From: Dictyostelium discoideum
Lineage: Eukaryota
Direction of reading: 5' to 3'
Length of the DNA: 64,000 nucleotides
NCBI GenBank assembly: GCA_000004695.1
Contig: CM000154.2
Coordinates: forward strand, 928,001-992,000
Positions 11,892 through 24,765 of the stretch are shown here, one piece after another. The notes under the pieces are model-generated. The model was not told the origin of the DNA, did not search any database, and saw nothing but the letters and a program-made list of their open reading frames with translations. The stretch's first letter is position 1, and every line of letters starts with the position of its first letter. A program made the translations under genes and the position numbers.

Positions 11892-12113
11892 AGTTGTAAC
11901 TTGTGTATAATCTGGACAGGTTGTTTCATGGTCTCCCCACCAATAATATAAATTTATTTGTTTAGTTGAGTTTGGTGCATAACCTGGTTGCATACGTAAA
12001 TTTTGAAAAGTAAAAATATCCATTGGTACTACTGGTTGAGCTCTATATGCTACTGTATTTGTGTTTGTGGTTGTTTGTCCATCTCCTCCTTGATGTTGTT
12101 CGTCACTCATCAT
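11892..12113 (-). CDS. Conserved hypothetical protein, exon 1 of 2
   Basis: ORF starting at 12113 (MMSDEQHQGG...YYWWGDHETTCPDYTQVTT) followed by a GTATGT donor at 11891. The 91-nt AT-rich intron 11801..11891 is phase 0 and joins in frame to exon 2. Confidence 0.55.
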
Positions 12114-12436
12114 TATTATTTATATGTATATAATGTATGTTTATTTGTATGAAAATAATTGAAAAATAAAATTAAAAAGTGAAAAAAAAAAAAAAATTAA
12201 AAAATATTGAAAAAATAAAAAAAAATTAAAAAAAGGCGCAATTTTTTTTTTTTCTTTTTTAAAAGAAAAAATTAATTTCCAATAAATTCCATTTTTAGAT
12301 ATAATTAAATTAAAAAAAAAAAAGACTTATCAAAATTATTTTTAAATAAAAAAAAAAAAAAGAATTGTTGTTGAATTTTTTATTAAATAAATTTACAGAA
12401 AAAAAAAAAAAAAAAGATCTTTGGTTGGTATAATAA

Positions 12437-12479
<43 letters not shown>

Positions 12480-12485
<6 letters not shown>

Positions 12486-13061
12486 AACTTGTTGTGATGC
12501 TTCTTGGCCTATAGGTAAACCATATTCATCAACACTTGATTGATGTGGATCAGTAGTTGGAACTGATGGTGTCATTAAATAAGAAGGCATTGAGGCTTCC
12601 AATTCTAATTCTTCACCCATTGACATTAATTCAGCCTCCAACTCTGATTCATCTAAAGTATCTGGAGTTTGATAAGCTCTACCTAATGATTCTTGAATTT
12701 CATTGTTATAATCTAATAAATCTTGCATTTCATCTTGCATATCGTCTACATCTTCAATTTTTATATGTTTTAATTGTGTTTTCATGTCTTTGGCACCCTG
12801 TTTCATTGCTGAAACTGTTGTAATTGTATCTCTCATTGACTCTGTGGCAAACTTGGTTTGCTCCATATTAAATGATGTACTTGCCATTTGGTCTCTTTGT
12901 CTTTCATACATTTTCTTTTGTTGTAATACTCTAATTGCTTTTTGTTTAATTGCATTCTGTGCTGGACCTGGTCTAGTTGCTTTTATTTGTTTATCATATG
13001 CTAATAATTCTTGATTTAATCCATTTATTTTTTCATCCATTTGTCCCATCCTTCCACCAAT
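12480..13061 (-). CDS. Vps60/CHMP5 (Snf7-family ESCRT-III-associated protein), exon 2 of 2
   Basis: QIKATRPGPAQNAIKQKAIRVLQQKKMYERQRDQMASTSFNMEQTKFATESMRDTITTVSAMKQGAKDMK aligns closely with human CHMP5 ([44 protein letters not shown]...). Acceptor ...aaaaag precedes ATTGGTGGAAGGATG. Confidence 0.85.
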
Positions 13062-13149
13062 CTTTTTTATTTTTAAAAAAAAAAAAATTAAAATTAATAA
13101 AAAAAAAAAAAAAATTAATATAAATTATATTTTAAAACTATAAAGTTTA

Positions 13150-13185
<36 letters not shown>

Positions 13186-13199
13186 TTTAATTTACATAC

Positions 13200-13265
13200 T
13201 CTTTTTGTTGCCTCATCTAAAGTTGGGGCTGGTTGGTTGTTTGAAACACCAAAAAATCTTTTCAT
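13200..13265 (-). CDS. Vps60/CHMP5, exon 1 of 2 (MKRFFGVSNNQPAPTLDEATKR)
   Basis: ATG at 13265. The 22 codons match the CHMP5 N-terminus [22 protein letters not shown], followed by a GTATGT donor. Intron 13062..13199 is phase 0. Confidence 0.75.
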
Positions 13266-13613
13266 TTCTTTTTTTTTTTTTTTTTTTCTAATATGAATGT
13301 ATTATTTTTTTTATTTTCATTTTTTTTTTTTTTTAATATTCCTTTTTTTTTTTTTTAAAAAAAAATATCTTTATATGTTTGTTTTAACCTTTATCTCTAT
13401 AAACTCTTTTTAGAAATAAAATAATAATAAAAAAACAAATAATATGAGAATATCTTTTTTGTGTGGCAGTGTAAATTAAAAATTAATAAAATAAAAAAAA
13501 AATAAAAAAAAAAAAAAAAAATTTATAAAAAAAAAAATAAAAAATAAAAAAAAAATAAAAAAAAAAATAATTTTTATTTTTTTAGGCTGTTAATAAAAAT
13601 CTGAAAAATCGAG

Positions 13614-13645
<32 letters not shown>

Positions 13646-14009
13646 AAATTGGGGTTTGCATTGTTTGTAAATTTTAAAAAAGGGAAAAAAGTTTATTTAT
13701 TAATTTTATTTATTTATAAATTAATTTTTTTATTTATAAATTAATTAATTTATTAATTTTTTTATTAATTAATTTATTTATTTATTAATTAATTAATTAA
13801 TTTATTAATTTATTAATAAATTATCTCATTATTTTTTTTTTTAACTGCAAATTTGGGTTGGGCAGTTTTCAAATTTATGAGGTTGGGTAAAAAAAAAAAA
13901 AAAAAAAAAAGGTTTCCGGTATTCCAAAATCCATTTTTTAAAAAAAAACCCCAATAAAAAAATTGGGAAATTAATTTAAAAAAAAAAGGGGTTAGTTTTT
14001 CCCTGGGCC

Positions 14010-14047
<38 letters not shown>

Positions 14048-14144
14048 TTTGAAAATTGTTACTTTACCAAATTGTAAGGCGAAAAAAAAAAAAAAAAAAA
14101 AAAATTGGACTTAATTGACCAATTCAGAAAAAAAATAGAAATAG

Positions 14145-14176
<32 letters not shown>

Positions 14177-14399
14177 TGGAAATATTGGGATCAATTTGGG
14201 AATTGTGAACAAAAATAAAAATAAAAAAGAAAAATAAAAAAAAAAAAAATTAAAATAATCAAACGTGCATGATTGAAAAAAAAAAAAAAAAAAAAAAAAA
14301 TTCGAAAAGTTGGGGGGTAAAAAAAAATTTTCGAAAATTTTTTCAATTTGATTAAATTCTTCTATAATTCAATTTTAGTTGGTTCCACATAACATAAAC

Positions 14400-14444
14400 A
14401 TGTCCGCCTTAGACTACGCCACTTTAATCTTACACGACGCCAAA
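14400..14444 (+). CDS. rplP1: 60S acidic ribosomal protein P1, exon 1 of 3 (MSALDYATLILHDAK)
   Basis: Matches the P1 N-terminus (M..ELACIYSALILHD) and is followed by GTAAGT. Confidence 0.85.
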
Positions 14445-14637
14445 GTAAGTATATACATTTATATATACCGAATCTATGAAGGATTATAGATTGATTGAAT
14501 CATTTATGTATAGATTGATAATGTTGGATTAAAGATTGAATGTTGGATTAAAAGTTAAAAGATTGAGGATGGAGTGTGGATGATAGATAGATAGATATAG
14601 AGTAAATTATTGACATTCCATATAACAAATATAATAG

Positions 14638-14874
14638 TTAGCAATCACTGCTGATAACCTCGTTGCCTTATGCAATGCCGCTGGTGTCAAAGTTGAAAAA
14701 TTCAAAGCTGATTTATATGCTAGCACCTTAGAAAAGAAGAAGGTTGATTCAATCTTATCCGTCAGTGCTGCTGCTGCTGCCCCAGCTGCCGCTGCTGCTC
14801 CAGTTGCTGCCGCCGCCGCCGCTCCAGCCAAGAAAGTCGTCGAAGAAAAGAAAGAAGAATCAGATGACGATATG
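14638..14874 (+). CDS. rplP1: 60S acidic ribosomal protein P1, exon 2 of 3
   Basis: After the acceptor atag at 14634-14637: LAITADNLVALCNAAGVKVEKFKADLYASTLEKKKVDSILSV-(Ala/Pro hinge)-PAKKVVEEKKEESDDDM, then GTAAGT. The antisense track ORF 14607..14897 is the GCN-rich hinge read backwards. Confidence 0.85.
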
Positions 14875-14944
14875 GTAAGTTTTTTTAAAAAAAACAAACA
14901 AAAAAAAAAATCTCATAACTAACTGCTTTTTTTTTTTTCTATAG

Positions 14945-14965
14945 GGTATGGGTCTCTTCGATTAA
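14945..14965 (+). CDS. rplP1: 60S acidic ribosomal protein P1, exon 3 of 3 (GMGLFD-stop)
   Basis: Micro-exon after ctatag. It completes the universal P-protein C-terminus SDDDMGFGLFD. Confidence 0.8.
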   Translation, partial: GMGLFD

Positions 14966-15579
14966 AAGTGCCTTTAATTTAAGCAAACTTTTGATATGTT
15001 TATAAATAAAAAAAATTTTAAAAAAAAACCTATTATTCGTGTAAAACAAGAGAAGATTTTATTTTTTTTTTTCAAAACTTGGTGATTTTATTTCAAATCT
15101 GACAGAAAAGGGAATGTGGATATAAAAGAACAATTTTTAAATATTACAACGAAAAAAAAAAAAATTAAACATTGATTGCTACTAATATTTTTAAATAATT
15201 GGAAAAGATGTTGGTAATTTTTTTATATGGTATCAATAATAAAATATGAATAATTATAACAATAATTTAAGTAGGAATTGGATAAAACACGTTTATAAAT
15301 TTAAAAAAAAAACATGCATAATTTGTGTGTATATTTTTATTTATTTTTTTTTATTTCATTCATTTAATTTATTGTTATAAACCATTTTAAAAACTAGTTA
15401 TTTTAAAATTACCAATACTTGGATTTCTCTCTAAAATTTTCCCTCTAAAATATATTGTGATTTTAATTAAAATTGATTTGTTATAATTGTAAATATAAGA
15501 ATAAAAAGGTTTATTCTTTTTTTTTTTTTTATTTTATTTTTATTTTTTTTCAAAGATTGTTCTTGTAGAGTAAAATTTG

Positions 15580-15589
<10 letters not shown>

Positions 15590-15654
<65 letters not shown>

Positions 15655-15655
15655 T
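15590..15655. repeat. (TTA)n microsatellite, about 22 units
   Basis: Perfect tta repeats in the rplP1 3' flank, directly visible. Confidence 0.95.
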
Positions 15656-16154
15656 TAATTTTTGATTAAATTGAGTTATTAGATATTAAAAATAAATTCT
15701 ATTAAAAAAAAAAAAAAAAAAAAAAACCATTATTTAAAAATCAAAATGATATTTCCCCCAATTATAAAATTAATTTCTGATTTCGTTTTTTACTCCCATA
15801 GTAATTTTTTTTTTTTTTTTCATTCGTTTTTATTTTAATTTTTTTTTTTTTTAATTTTTTTTCATTTTTTTCATATTTTTTTTTTTTTTATTTTATTTTT
15901 TTATTTTTTCATTTTTTGTTTCAAAATCATCTTTGTTTCGTTATAGAACGCTATATTGTTGTTCAATTTTTTTTTTTTTTTCCTTTTTTTTTAGTTTAAA
16001 CAATATTAAAATAAAATCAATAATAAAAGGATAAAAAAAAAAAAAAAAAAAAGTGATAATAATAATAAAGAAAATCACCAAAAACAAGTAATATTAAAAA
16101 ACGAAAAACGACCAAAGAAAATAAAAATATAAAACATACAATAGAAACAACATA

Positions 16155-16531
16155 ATGATAAACCGGTTACTATACGCCAGTAGTAAAATAAATAATAAAT
16201 CACAAATACTTGGTAAAAGTTATATTAAAAATGGAGTTGTGACACCATTATTATCATCAACTCAAATAATAGACTTTATTCAAAAACATAATCAAACAAT
16301 TCAAAATTTTTCAACAACAACAACAACCACAACTACAACAATTATAAATAATGAAATAAATGAAATAGATGAAGATGAAAAATCAAAAACAGGAATAATA
16401 ATTAACTCAAATTCAAATTCAAATTTAGATTCAAATTCAAATTTAAATCCAAATTCAGATTCAAATAAAGAGGATGAAAATATAGTTTTAAATAATGAAA
16501 TTTATAATAAAATAAAATATTTATCTAAAGA
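16155..16531 (+). CDS. Large Asn-rich protein with a mitochondrial-presequence-like N-terminus, exon 1 of 2
   Basis: ATG at 16155 (MINRLLYASSKINNKSQILGKSYIKNG...). The exon ends ...YLSKE with donor GTAAAT at 16532, phase 2. Confidence 0.6.
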
Positions 16532-16634
16532 GTAAATATATATAAATATGTATATTATTAATAATAATAATTAATCATTCATTATATTAATAATAATATT
16601 TTTAAAAATTTTTTTTTTTTTTTTTTTTTTTCAG

Positions 16635-18927
16635 TGTTAAAGAATCATTAAAGAATCCAAATTGGAAATATTATAAAACAATTGAAAAGAAAAGTATGTT
16701 AAATGATTTAGATAGATTTTTAGAGAGTTCAACCAAGATAACAATGATACCAGAAAGATTATACGGATTATTTATTGTACATTGTATTAGTAAGAATAAA
16801 ATTGGTGATGCAAATTATTTATTTCAATATACACCATTAATAAAGGGTGATTATTATTATCCATTCGTTTCAATTTCAAATTATTACCTCAATAATAATG
16901 ATTCAAATGGATTTATAGACTTTTTTCAAAAGAATATTAAAAAATATAAATCATTTTTAGGTACAATTGATTTTTTAATTTTATTAAAAAATTGTTTAAA
17001 TTATAGAGATAAAAAGAAGAAACATGATGGTGAACATAGTAATGCTAATGGTAATGGTAATAGTAAGAATAATCAAATTGAAGAAGAACAAAAACAAGAA
17101 GAAGAAGAAGAAGAAGAAGAAGAAGAAGATTTTAAAATTGGTTTAGAAATTCATGAAAAAGTTTTATCAATAATTAATGGTAAAAATTTAACAACTGGTA
17201 AAACTTATTCAAGTGCAATCACTTCATTAACACATGGTTTAATTTATTCAAAATCTAAATTAAAAACTGAAACTTATGATAATTCATTTCAAAGAATTTA
17301 TCAAGAATATTTAAATTTTATTTCAAATAAAAATCAAATTCGAAATCAAATTAACGATGGTAGTGATAATAATAATAATGATAATAATAGTAATAATATT
17401 ATTAATGGTAAAGAACAAAATCAAAGTAATAATAATAGTAATAATAAAAAGATTAAAATTAGTTCAACAATGTATTCAACATTATTTCAATTATATATAA
17501 AAAGAAAAGATATTGAAAAATGTAAAATAATGTATGAAGAGATGAAAAGTGAAGCTTTAGTGATTGTACCATCGATATTTTATCATTTAATAGTATTAGC
17601 AAAAGAATGTAAAGATATTGAATTTTATAATCAACTTATAAGAGATACACTTTGTTTAGGTAAAGGTTATGTAGCGGCAATGGTTTTATTGTATACGAAA
17701 TACTATGGTCATGGTGGCAGTGAGATTAGGTTTATCTATGAGGATTTGGTTAAATGTATCGATCAAGGTATGATGAATAGTGATAGTAGCAGCAGCAGTG
17801 CGCAAGAAAAAAGAGACCATTTGGTAACCATTGAAAAGTTGATATCATCGTTTCTAAAGATCAATAGATACCATTTGGCATTGGAATGGTATGCAAAACG
17901 TATCGTTGACTACAGGTTGGCACCAAATCATAGGAATATAGTCTCATTCATAGTTCATCATATAGAGAGATACGAGAATAATCTACGTGATTATTGGGTG
18001 AATGTCATGTTTAGATTTGGTATAAACATTAAAGCACCCGCATTAGAGTCATTGTTGAACGAGTTCCATCATATGGACCCTTTGAATAATATACGTATAA
18101 TCCATAATTTCTTAGACCCAGAGGCACCATTCAAAGCGTTGGAGGAGGATCCTGAAGGGATTAAAATCGAAGCGAGTCATATCATTCATAAGAGACCTTC
18201 GAATTTAGTGATTCCAAAATTAATTTTTAAAAATCATTTCACAAAAAAAAGAGGTGAGCAATTGGTTCAATACATTAATGACACCTATCATTCTAAAGAT
18301 AAAATACCATTCAATGATCTATTGATTCAATCGATTCTTGCCATTAAATCAGTTGATGATGCAAAACTTTATTTATACAATTTCTATTTACCCTCGAATC
18401 AATACATTAGAAGCATCATATTCGATCCTTTTGTATACCAATTATTACTTAAACCATCGAATCCTAGGGCTGTACTTAACTTTGGTTTAAATTTAATCTA
18501 CAGTGAACCAGATGCAATCAAAGATCTTCCAACAACTTTAAATTCGATTTTCAATGTTTTCCTCAACGAGCGTATGTATGATGTGTCTAATAAAATTTTG
18601 AATAAAATCATCTTAACCAATAGTCATCCTTACCTCGACGATTTACCATCAACTCTTGGTAAATATATAAAATCAACACTCACTCAAGATTCAATCAATA
18701 AAATCAAATCTCTTATTGATTCTGAAAAACAAGTTCATGTTTGCTTTTCAAATTTATTTCTTAAACATTTACTTTCAAATTATTTACAATCAAAATCTAG
18801 TAATGATTCAATTCAATTCATTGAATATTTTAAAAAAATTAAAGATATTGATACACAATCAATTAAAATTTTAATTAGTTTTTTAATTGAAAAAGAAATT
18901 AAATTAATTGGTTATAATAAAATGAAA

Positions 18928-19015
<88 letters not shown>

Positions 19016-19984
19016 TAGATGATATTGATGATGATGATGATAATAATAATAATAATTTTAATAATAATCCAAATAATAATAATAATAATAATAATTTTAA
19101 AGAAGATCGAAGGATTAAAAGAAAAAATATAAAAGTTGTAAAGAAATTAATTATAGATTTTAAAAATATAGTTGAAGATTTATTATTATTAAAAATTAAA
19201 GGTTTAGAATCAAGACAAAAAACAATTGATAGAAATAAACATGAAGAAAGAATAAAATATATTGAAAGATTAAATCAACATCATAATGCGAATTTAACAC
19301 ATCCACAAATTGAAAGACTTGATATATTGGAGGGTACTTCTAAATATAGTTATAATAAAAAAGAGAGAAATCAAAGACGTCTAAAAGAACAATTTAAAAT
19401 ATTACAAAGCCAAGAGAAATTGAAAAAATTAAAAATTAAAGGTTCAGAACGTACTATTAAAATACAACAAATACAATTTGAACCACAAGAAACACAAAAA
19501 CTAAAAAGATTAATGGGAGAACGTATAACTATTTTCCTTGGTGATCATTTGGAACCTGTCGAATTCGATTTACCTTCAAAAGATATAATTCAACCACATT
19601 CAACACTTTTAGTTGATGGTTTACAAAATGTTCAAATTTTAGATTTAATAATTCAATCTTTATTAAAGAAACCTCAATTTGTTGAAAGTATCTTTGATTT
19701 CCTCTATAATTTTTCAAATGATTTTAAATTTAATTATTTTCTTGAAAAATCAAAATTAAAAAAAGTTCAAAAAAAGAATAAAAATAAAAATAAAAATAAT
19801 AATAATAATAATACAGATGATAATAATACAGATAATAATAACAATACAGATAATAATAACAATACAGATAATAATAACAATACAGATAATATAAATAATA
19901 ATACAGATAATAATATAAATAGTAATAATAATAATATAGATAATAATAATAATAATAACCCTAATAATATAGATAATACAATAG

Positions 19985-20050
<66 letters not shown>

Positions 20051-20082
20051 TTGATAATAATATAAATAATATAAATAATATA

Positions 20083-20134
<52 letters not shown>

Positions 20135-20475
20135 TAAATAGTAATGATAATAATAATATAAATAATAGTAAAAGAAAAAAAGTAGGTCCACTCCTTTGTA
20201 AAATTTCACAAAATACTCTTGAATTGGTTTTAAAGAAGGCTTCAAATATTGAACATTTGAAACCACATATTTATCCTTTATTCTTGAAATATCATAAAGC
20301 AAGCCCAAGACCAATAGTTTATAATCCTCAAATCATTGAAATAGTTATGGATTGTCCAAATTTAGATAAAGATCTTGTTAATTCACTCAAACAAAAAGTT
20401 GAAGAAAACAAAGATCAAGAAAAATTAGAAAATTTACCATTATCATTACCACCAGATAATATTTTAAATTATTAA
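16635..20475 (+). CDS. Large Asn-rich protein (about 1385 aa in total), exon 2 of 2. Helical-repeat (TPR/PPR-like?) regions are interrupted by long poly-Asn and NNNTD-repeat tracts.
   Basis: Acceptor ttttttcag at 16632-16634, then t+GTTAAAGAATCA... continuing in frame into ORF 16696..20475. Contains (AAT)n runs at about 18940-19010 and 19975-20130 and an (AATAACAATACAGAT)n-like NNNTD repeat at 19810-19890. Homology to known domains is weak. Confidence 0.6.
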
Positions 20476-20582
20476 AAATTTTTAAAAAAATAATATTAAT
20501 AATAATTTAATTTATATAAAAAAAAATAAAAAAAAATAAAAAAAAATAAATAAAATAAAATGAATATCAAAAAAAAAAAAAA

Positions 20583-20644
20583 AATTTTAATTTTAATTTT
20601 AATTAAAATTAAAATTAAAATTAAAATTAAAATTAAAATTAAAA
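20583..20644. repeat. Palindromic (TTTTAA)n/(TTAAAA)n array
   Basis: ttttaattttaattttaattaaaattaaaattaaaatt... is a perfect inverted repeat centred on aatt, directly visible. Confidence 0.9.
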
Positions 20645-20754
20645 ATGATTAATCAACAATTTTTTATAGGAAATAAAAAAAAAAAAAAAACAAGTAATTA
20701 TTTCAAAAAAAAACAAAAAAACAAAAAATTAAAATTAATGCGACCAGTGACACA

Positions 20755-20796
<42 letters not shown>

Positions 20797-20928
20797 CTTA
20801 ATCACTTTTTCGCTTTTTCATTTTTCATTTTTCATTTTTTTATTTTTTTTTTATTTTTTTTTTATTATTTTTTTTTTTTTTTTCAGATTTTTTTATAGCA
20901 CATTTGTTATCGAATTAAAAAAAAAAAA

Positions 20929-21500
20929 ATGATAACACTTAGAAAATCATTATCTAAAAGTTGCAAAGATTTGAGGATATTGAATGGGACAACATATGTT
21001 AAAGGGTTTTGTTCTACTACAACTACAGATACTACTACAACTACAAGTACAAGTACAACTACAGATACAGATACAAATTCTGAAAAATCCAATAAAGAAA
21101 AACTATTTCATCAAATAAATGAACTAACTAAACAGTCATCTTTTAATAAAGTTTTATTTTATAAAAAATCAGCACATGAAACCGAGGGTTATAGTTATAA
21201 AGAACGGCAACAATTTAAACAAAAACAACAGAAAATTAAACAAATTAAACACAATCAACAACTTAAACAAAAACAACAAATAGAGCAACAGAAACAAAAA
21301 AAACTTGAACAACAACAACAACAACAACAACTTGAACTTGAAAAAAAACAAAAATTTGAACAACAACTTGAACAACAACAAAGAGAGCAAAATCAAATAT
21401 CATTACTTGAAAAATCAAAAGATCTAGAAAGTATTAACGATTTTGGTGATTTTGATTTCCGTGAACTCGAAACAAAACCATTATTTTCTGTTCCAAATGT
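20929..21500 (+). CDS. Second large Asn/Gln-rich protein with a mitochondrial-presequence-like N-terminus, exon 1 of 2
   Basis: ATG at 20929 (MITLRKSLSKSCKDLRILNG...), a Thr-rich tract and a QK-rich coiled region. It ends ...FSVPN with donor GTAAAT at 21501, phase 2. Confidence 0.6.
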
Positions 21501-21601
21501 GTAAATATTACTTTTTTTTTAAATATTATTAAAGTTTAATGTAATATTAATTTTTTTTTTTTTTTGTTACATATTTTTTTATTTTATATATATATATACA
21601 G

Positions 21602-22931
21602 ATTAATTAATTATTTAGAAAATGAAAAAACATTATCAGATCATCAAAAAAGTGATGTAGTTGGATCATTTTATTCAGATGGAGAGATACCATCTGTACC
21701 ACATATCAATTTGGAAGAGTACACAAGATCCGTATTAATTGAAGCATATTTAGAAGTTTGTAAACCGGAATATGCATTTTACTATTTCAAACAGAGTGAA
21801 AATAATAAAACCAATTCAAAAGGTTTATTATTAATGATTGAATTTTATATTAAAATTGGTGATATTGATTCAGCTTTTAAATTTTTTGAGGTCAATTTCA
21901 AGGATTATAAAGATTTAATTAGTACAAATGATTATTATAAATTATTCAATGGATTAATCACCTATTCTATCGATAATCAAGAAAATATATTTGATATTAA
22001 AAATAAATTTTTTAATGTAATTATAAATGATAATATTAATAATGATATTGAAAAATTTAATGTTGGTTCATTAGCTTCAATGATTGAAAGTATAACACCA
22101 AAATATCAACCACCACCACAAGAACAACAATTAATGGATGATGATAGTAATAGTAATAGTAATAATGATAGTAATAATATTATTAAAAACAGTAGTAGTA
22201 AATTAGAATTTAATGATGATTGTGTTAGTAATTATAAAAAGTTGGTGAATTTTGATCAACTTTATTCAATTTATAAAAATAATTATAAAAAATATACAAG
22301 TGATCAAAGATTAATTATTTTAAGTTGTATACTTAAATATTCAATTATTACAGCCGATATAGAATTATTTTTGAATACTGTAAATAGAGTTTTGGTGAAA
22401 GATGGTATTGAAAAGGTTGAAATTCCAATTCTTCAAATACTTTTTGAAGCTTACACACACACAATACCATCGGATAAACCAGAGTTGGTGGGTCAATTAA
22501 AATATTTGTTAACAAATTACATCAAAGATATGGATTCATCTGATAATGGTTATAAAAGTATATCAAAGTTAATCGCATATAATTTCTCATTCAAAGGTGA
22601 TATAAAAAATTCAATTTATGATCAACTATGTGGTATTGGTATAAAATCAATTGAAATCGATATTGAAAATAATATTGAAAATAGTGTATTAATAAATAAA
22701 CTTAAACAAGAACAAAGAGAAAAAGAACGTAATCAGTTTATTATATTTATACAATCAATATTTCCTGAAGATAGAATTCAACATTTTGTAGAAACAGCTT
22801 TAATATATTTAATAAATGATAATAGTTATCAAGAAGCAGTTAAACTTTATATATATTTTTTAAAAGAAGGTTCAGTTACTGGTATTGATATATTTTTAAA
22901 ATATCATGAATTATCTTATAAAAATATAGTT

Positions 22932-23010
<79 letters not shown>

Positions 23011-23310
23011 TTAAAAATTTTACAACTTTTAGTGAAAATGATCATAAAACTTTAAAAACTTTTTGGGAAAGAATAAAAAATAATTATGTCAATAATAATA
23101 ATAAACAACAACAACAAGAAGAAAGAGATATTGAAAATGAATTTATATTTATTGGAAAAGGTGAAATTAATAATGATCAGCTTTTAGAAAAATTTCAATA
23201 TATTAAAGAATTTAGAAATATTAAATCATTTTTCAATTCATATGAAGAAAATTTAAATCCAAATGATTTTATTAATTATATTAAAAACATTATTAATAAA
23301 GTAAATGATG

Positions 23311-23368
<58 letters not shown>

Positions 23369-24644
23369 TGATGATGATGGTGGTGGTCATGGTGGTGGTG
23401 ATGTTTTTAAAACTACAACACCAAAAAAGGTAAAACCTTTAATTTCAACTATTCAAAAATCACAAAATGAATTACCAACAACAACAACATATAAAGAGAT
23501 AATAGAAAATACAAGTTTTTTTAGAAATCAACAATATAATTTTAATCGAGAATTATCATCAACTCTTAATAGTCCAAAATCTAGATTAGATTTGGAAAGA
23601 TTACAAAGCTTTTTAAATTGTAAAAGTCATACAGAAAGTATGAGTTTTCAACAACTTTGTATATGTTTAGAGTTAGTTGGTGATACTGGTTTTAAATATG
23701 ATTTTTATAAAAATTTAAATCATATTCAAAAAACCTTGATTATAACTCCTCAACTTTGTAAAAATCTCTTCTCAACGGTTACCATGGATGAGTCAATTGA
23801 TATTTTGAGAAGAGGTTTGTCAAGAATTTCACCAGAAAATTTGAAGAGTCTTGGTATTTGGGATGGCGTATTCCAAGGCTTGCTAAAAGATCCTCTCAAG
23901 ACTCCATTGGCCAATTTCCTCATGTATAATGGATTTATATCAAAATCATCATTTGATAGGTATTCCTATTGTCAACAAATCATAAACACCGATATCGATG
24001 CATATTATTTCTTTTTAGATCCATCGATTAGTTATTATGATACCTTTGGTGGTGATATAGAAGATGCATCAAATTACAACCTTAAAAAGGATAGCTCAAA
24101 AACCTTTTTTAAACCAATGGAAGATTTCTTTATAACTTATCTTGACACTTTCTTTAAAGCATCCTCTCCCCATGAAATAAGCCAAAGACCTGATTATCAA
24201 ACTCAATTTTCAAATTATACTATATTAAGTTTAATCCGTCTAGGTAAACTAAATGAAGCATTTAAAGAAATTGAATCTTTATCACCCGCTAAATATAATG
24301 CCACAACAATAGGATTGGTAGTTTTTATTTATAGTAAAAGGTATAAACAGGATAAATCGAAATTCCTTGTAGAAATTCAATCATTAATTCAAAGAATAAT
24401 TTTTGATCTAGAAAATAAAATGGGTAGTGAAGATGCCAGATCTTACTTTCATAAATACATTCTCAAATCGTTAATTATTAATTATGGTAACATTGAAATG
24501 GATAATCTTATTGCAAACGTTGATGTTCCAAAAGTTTTAAAAGATATTGATAACTCTTTAGCTCCAAATTTCGATCGTCGATTAATTAGAAAATTATTCA
24601 AAGTTCGTGGTTATATTAAATATAGATTTTACCGTTTAAATTAA
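21602..24644 (+). CDS. Second large Asn-rich protein (about 1204 aa in total), exon 2 of 2. Helical-repeat regions (TPR/PPR-like?) carry poly-Asn and poly-Asp/Gly inserts.
   Basis: Acceptor ...atatatacag at 21599-21601. gt+A gives Val, then LINYLENEKTLSDHQKSDVVG... continuous with ORF 21564..24644. Repeats such as LIEAYLEVCKPEYAFYYF, MIEFYIKIGDIDSAFKFF and LIRLGKLNEAFKEI are suggestive of TPR/PPR-type helical hairpins. Confidence 0.6.
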
Positions 24645-24716
24645 TTTTATCATTATTATTATTCATTGGAAAATAAATATAATAAAATAAAATAAAATAA
24701 AATAAAAAAAATAAAA

Positions 24717-24765
<49 letters not shown>

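Noticed and set aside
14607-14897. 96-aa minus-strand ORF rich in Ala
   Set aside because: It is the antisense of the GCN-rich Ala/Pro hinge of ribosomal protein P1 exon 2 and its GTAAGT intron. It starts at a non-ATG codon.
19961-20314. 117-aa poly-Tyr ORF on the minus strand
   Set aside because: Antisense of a coding (AAT)n poly-Asn array.
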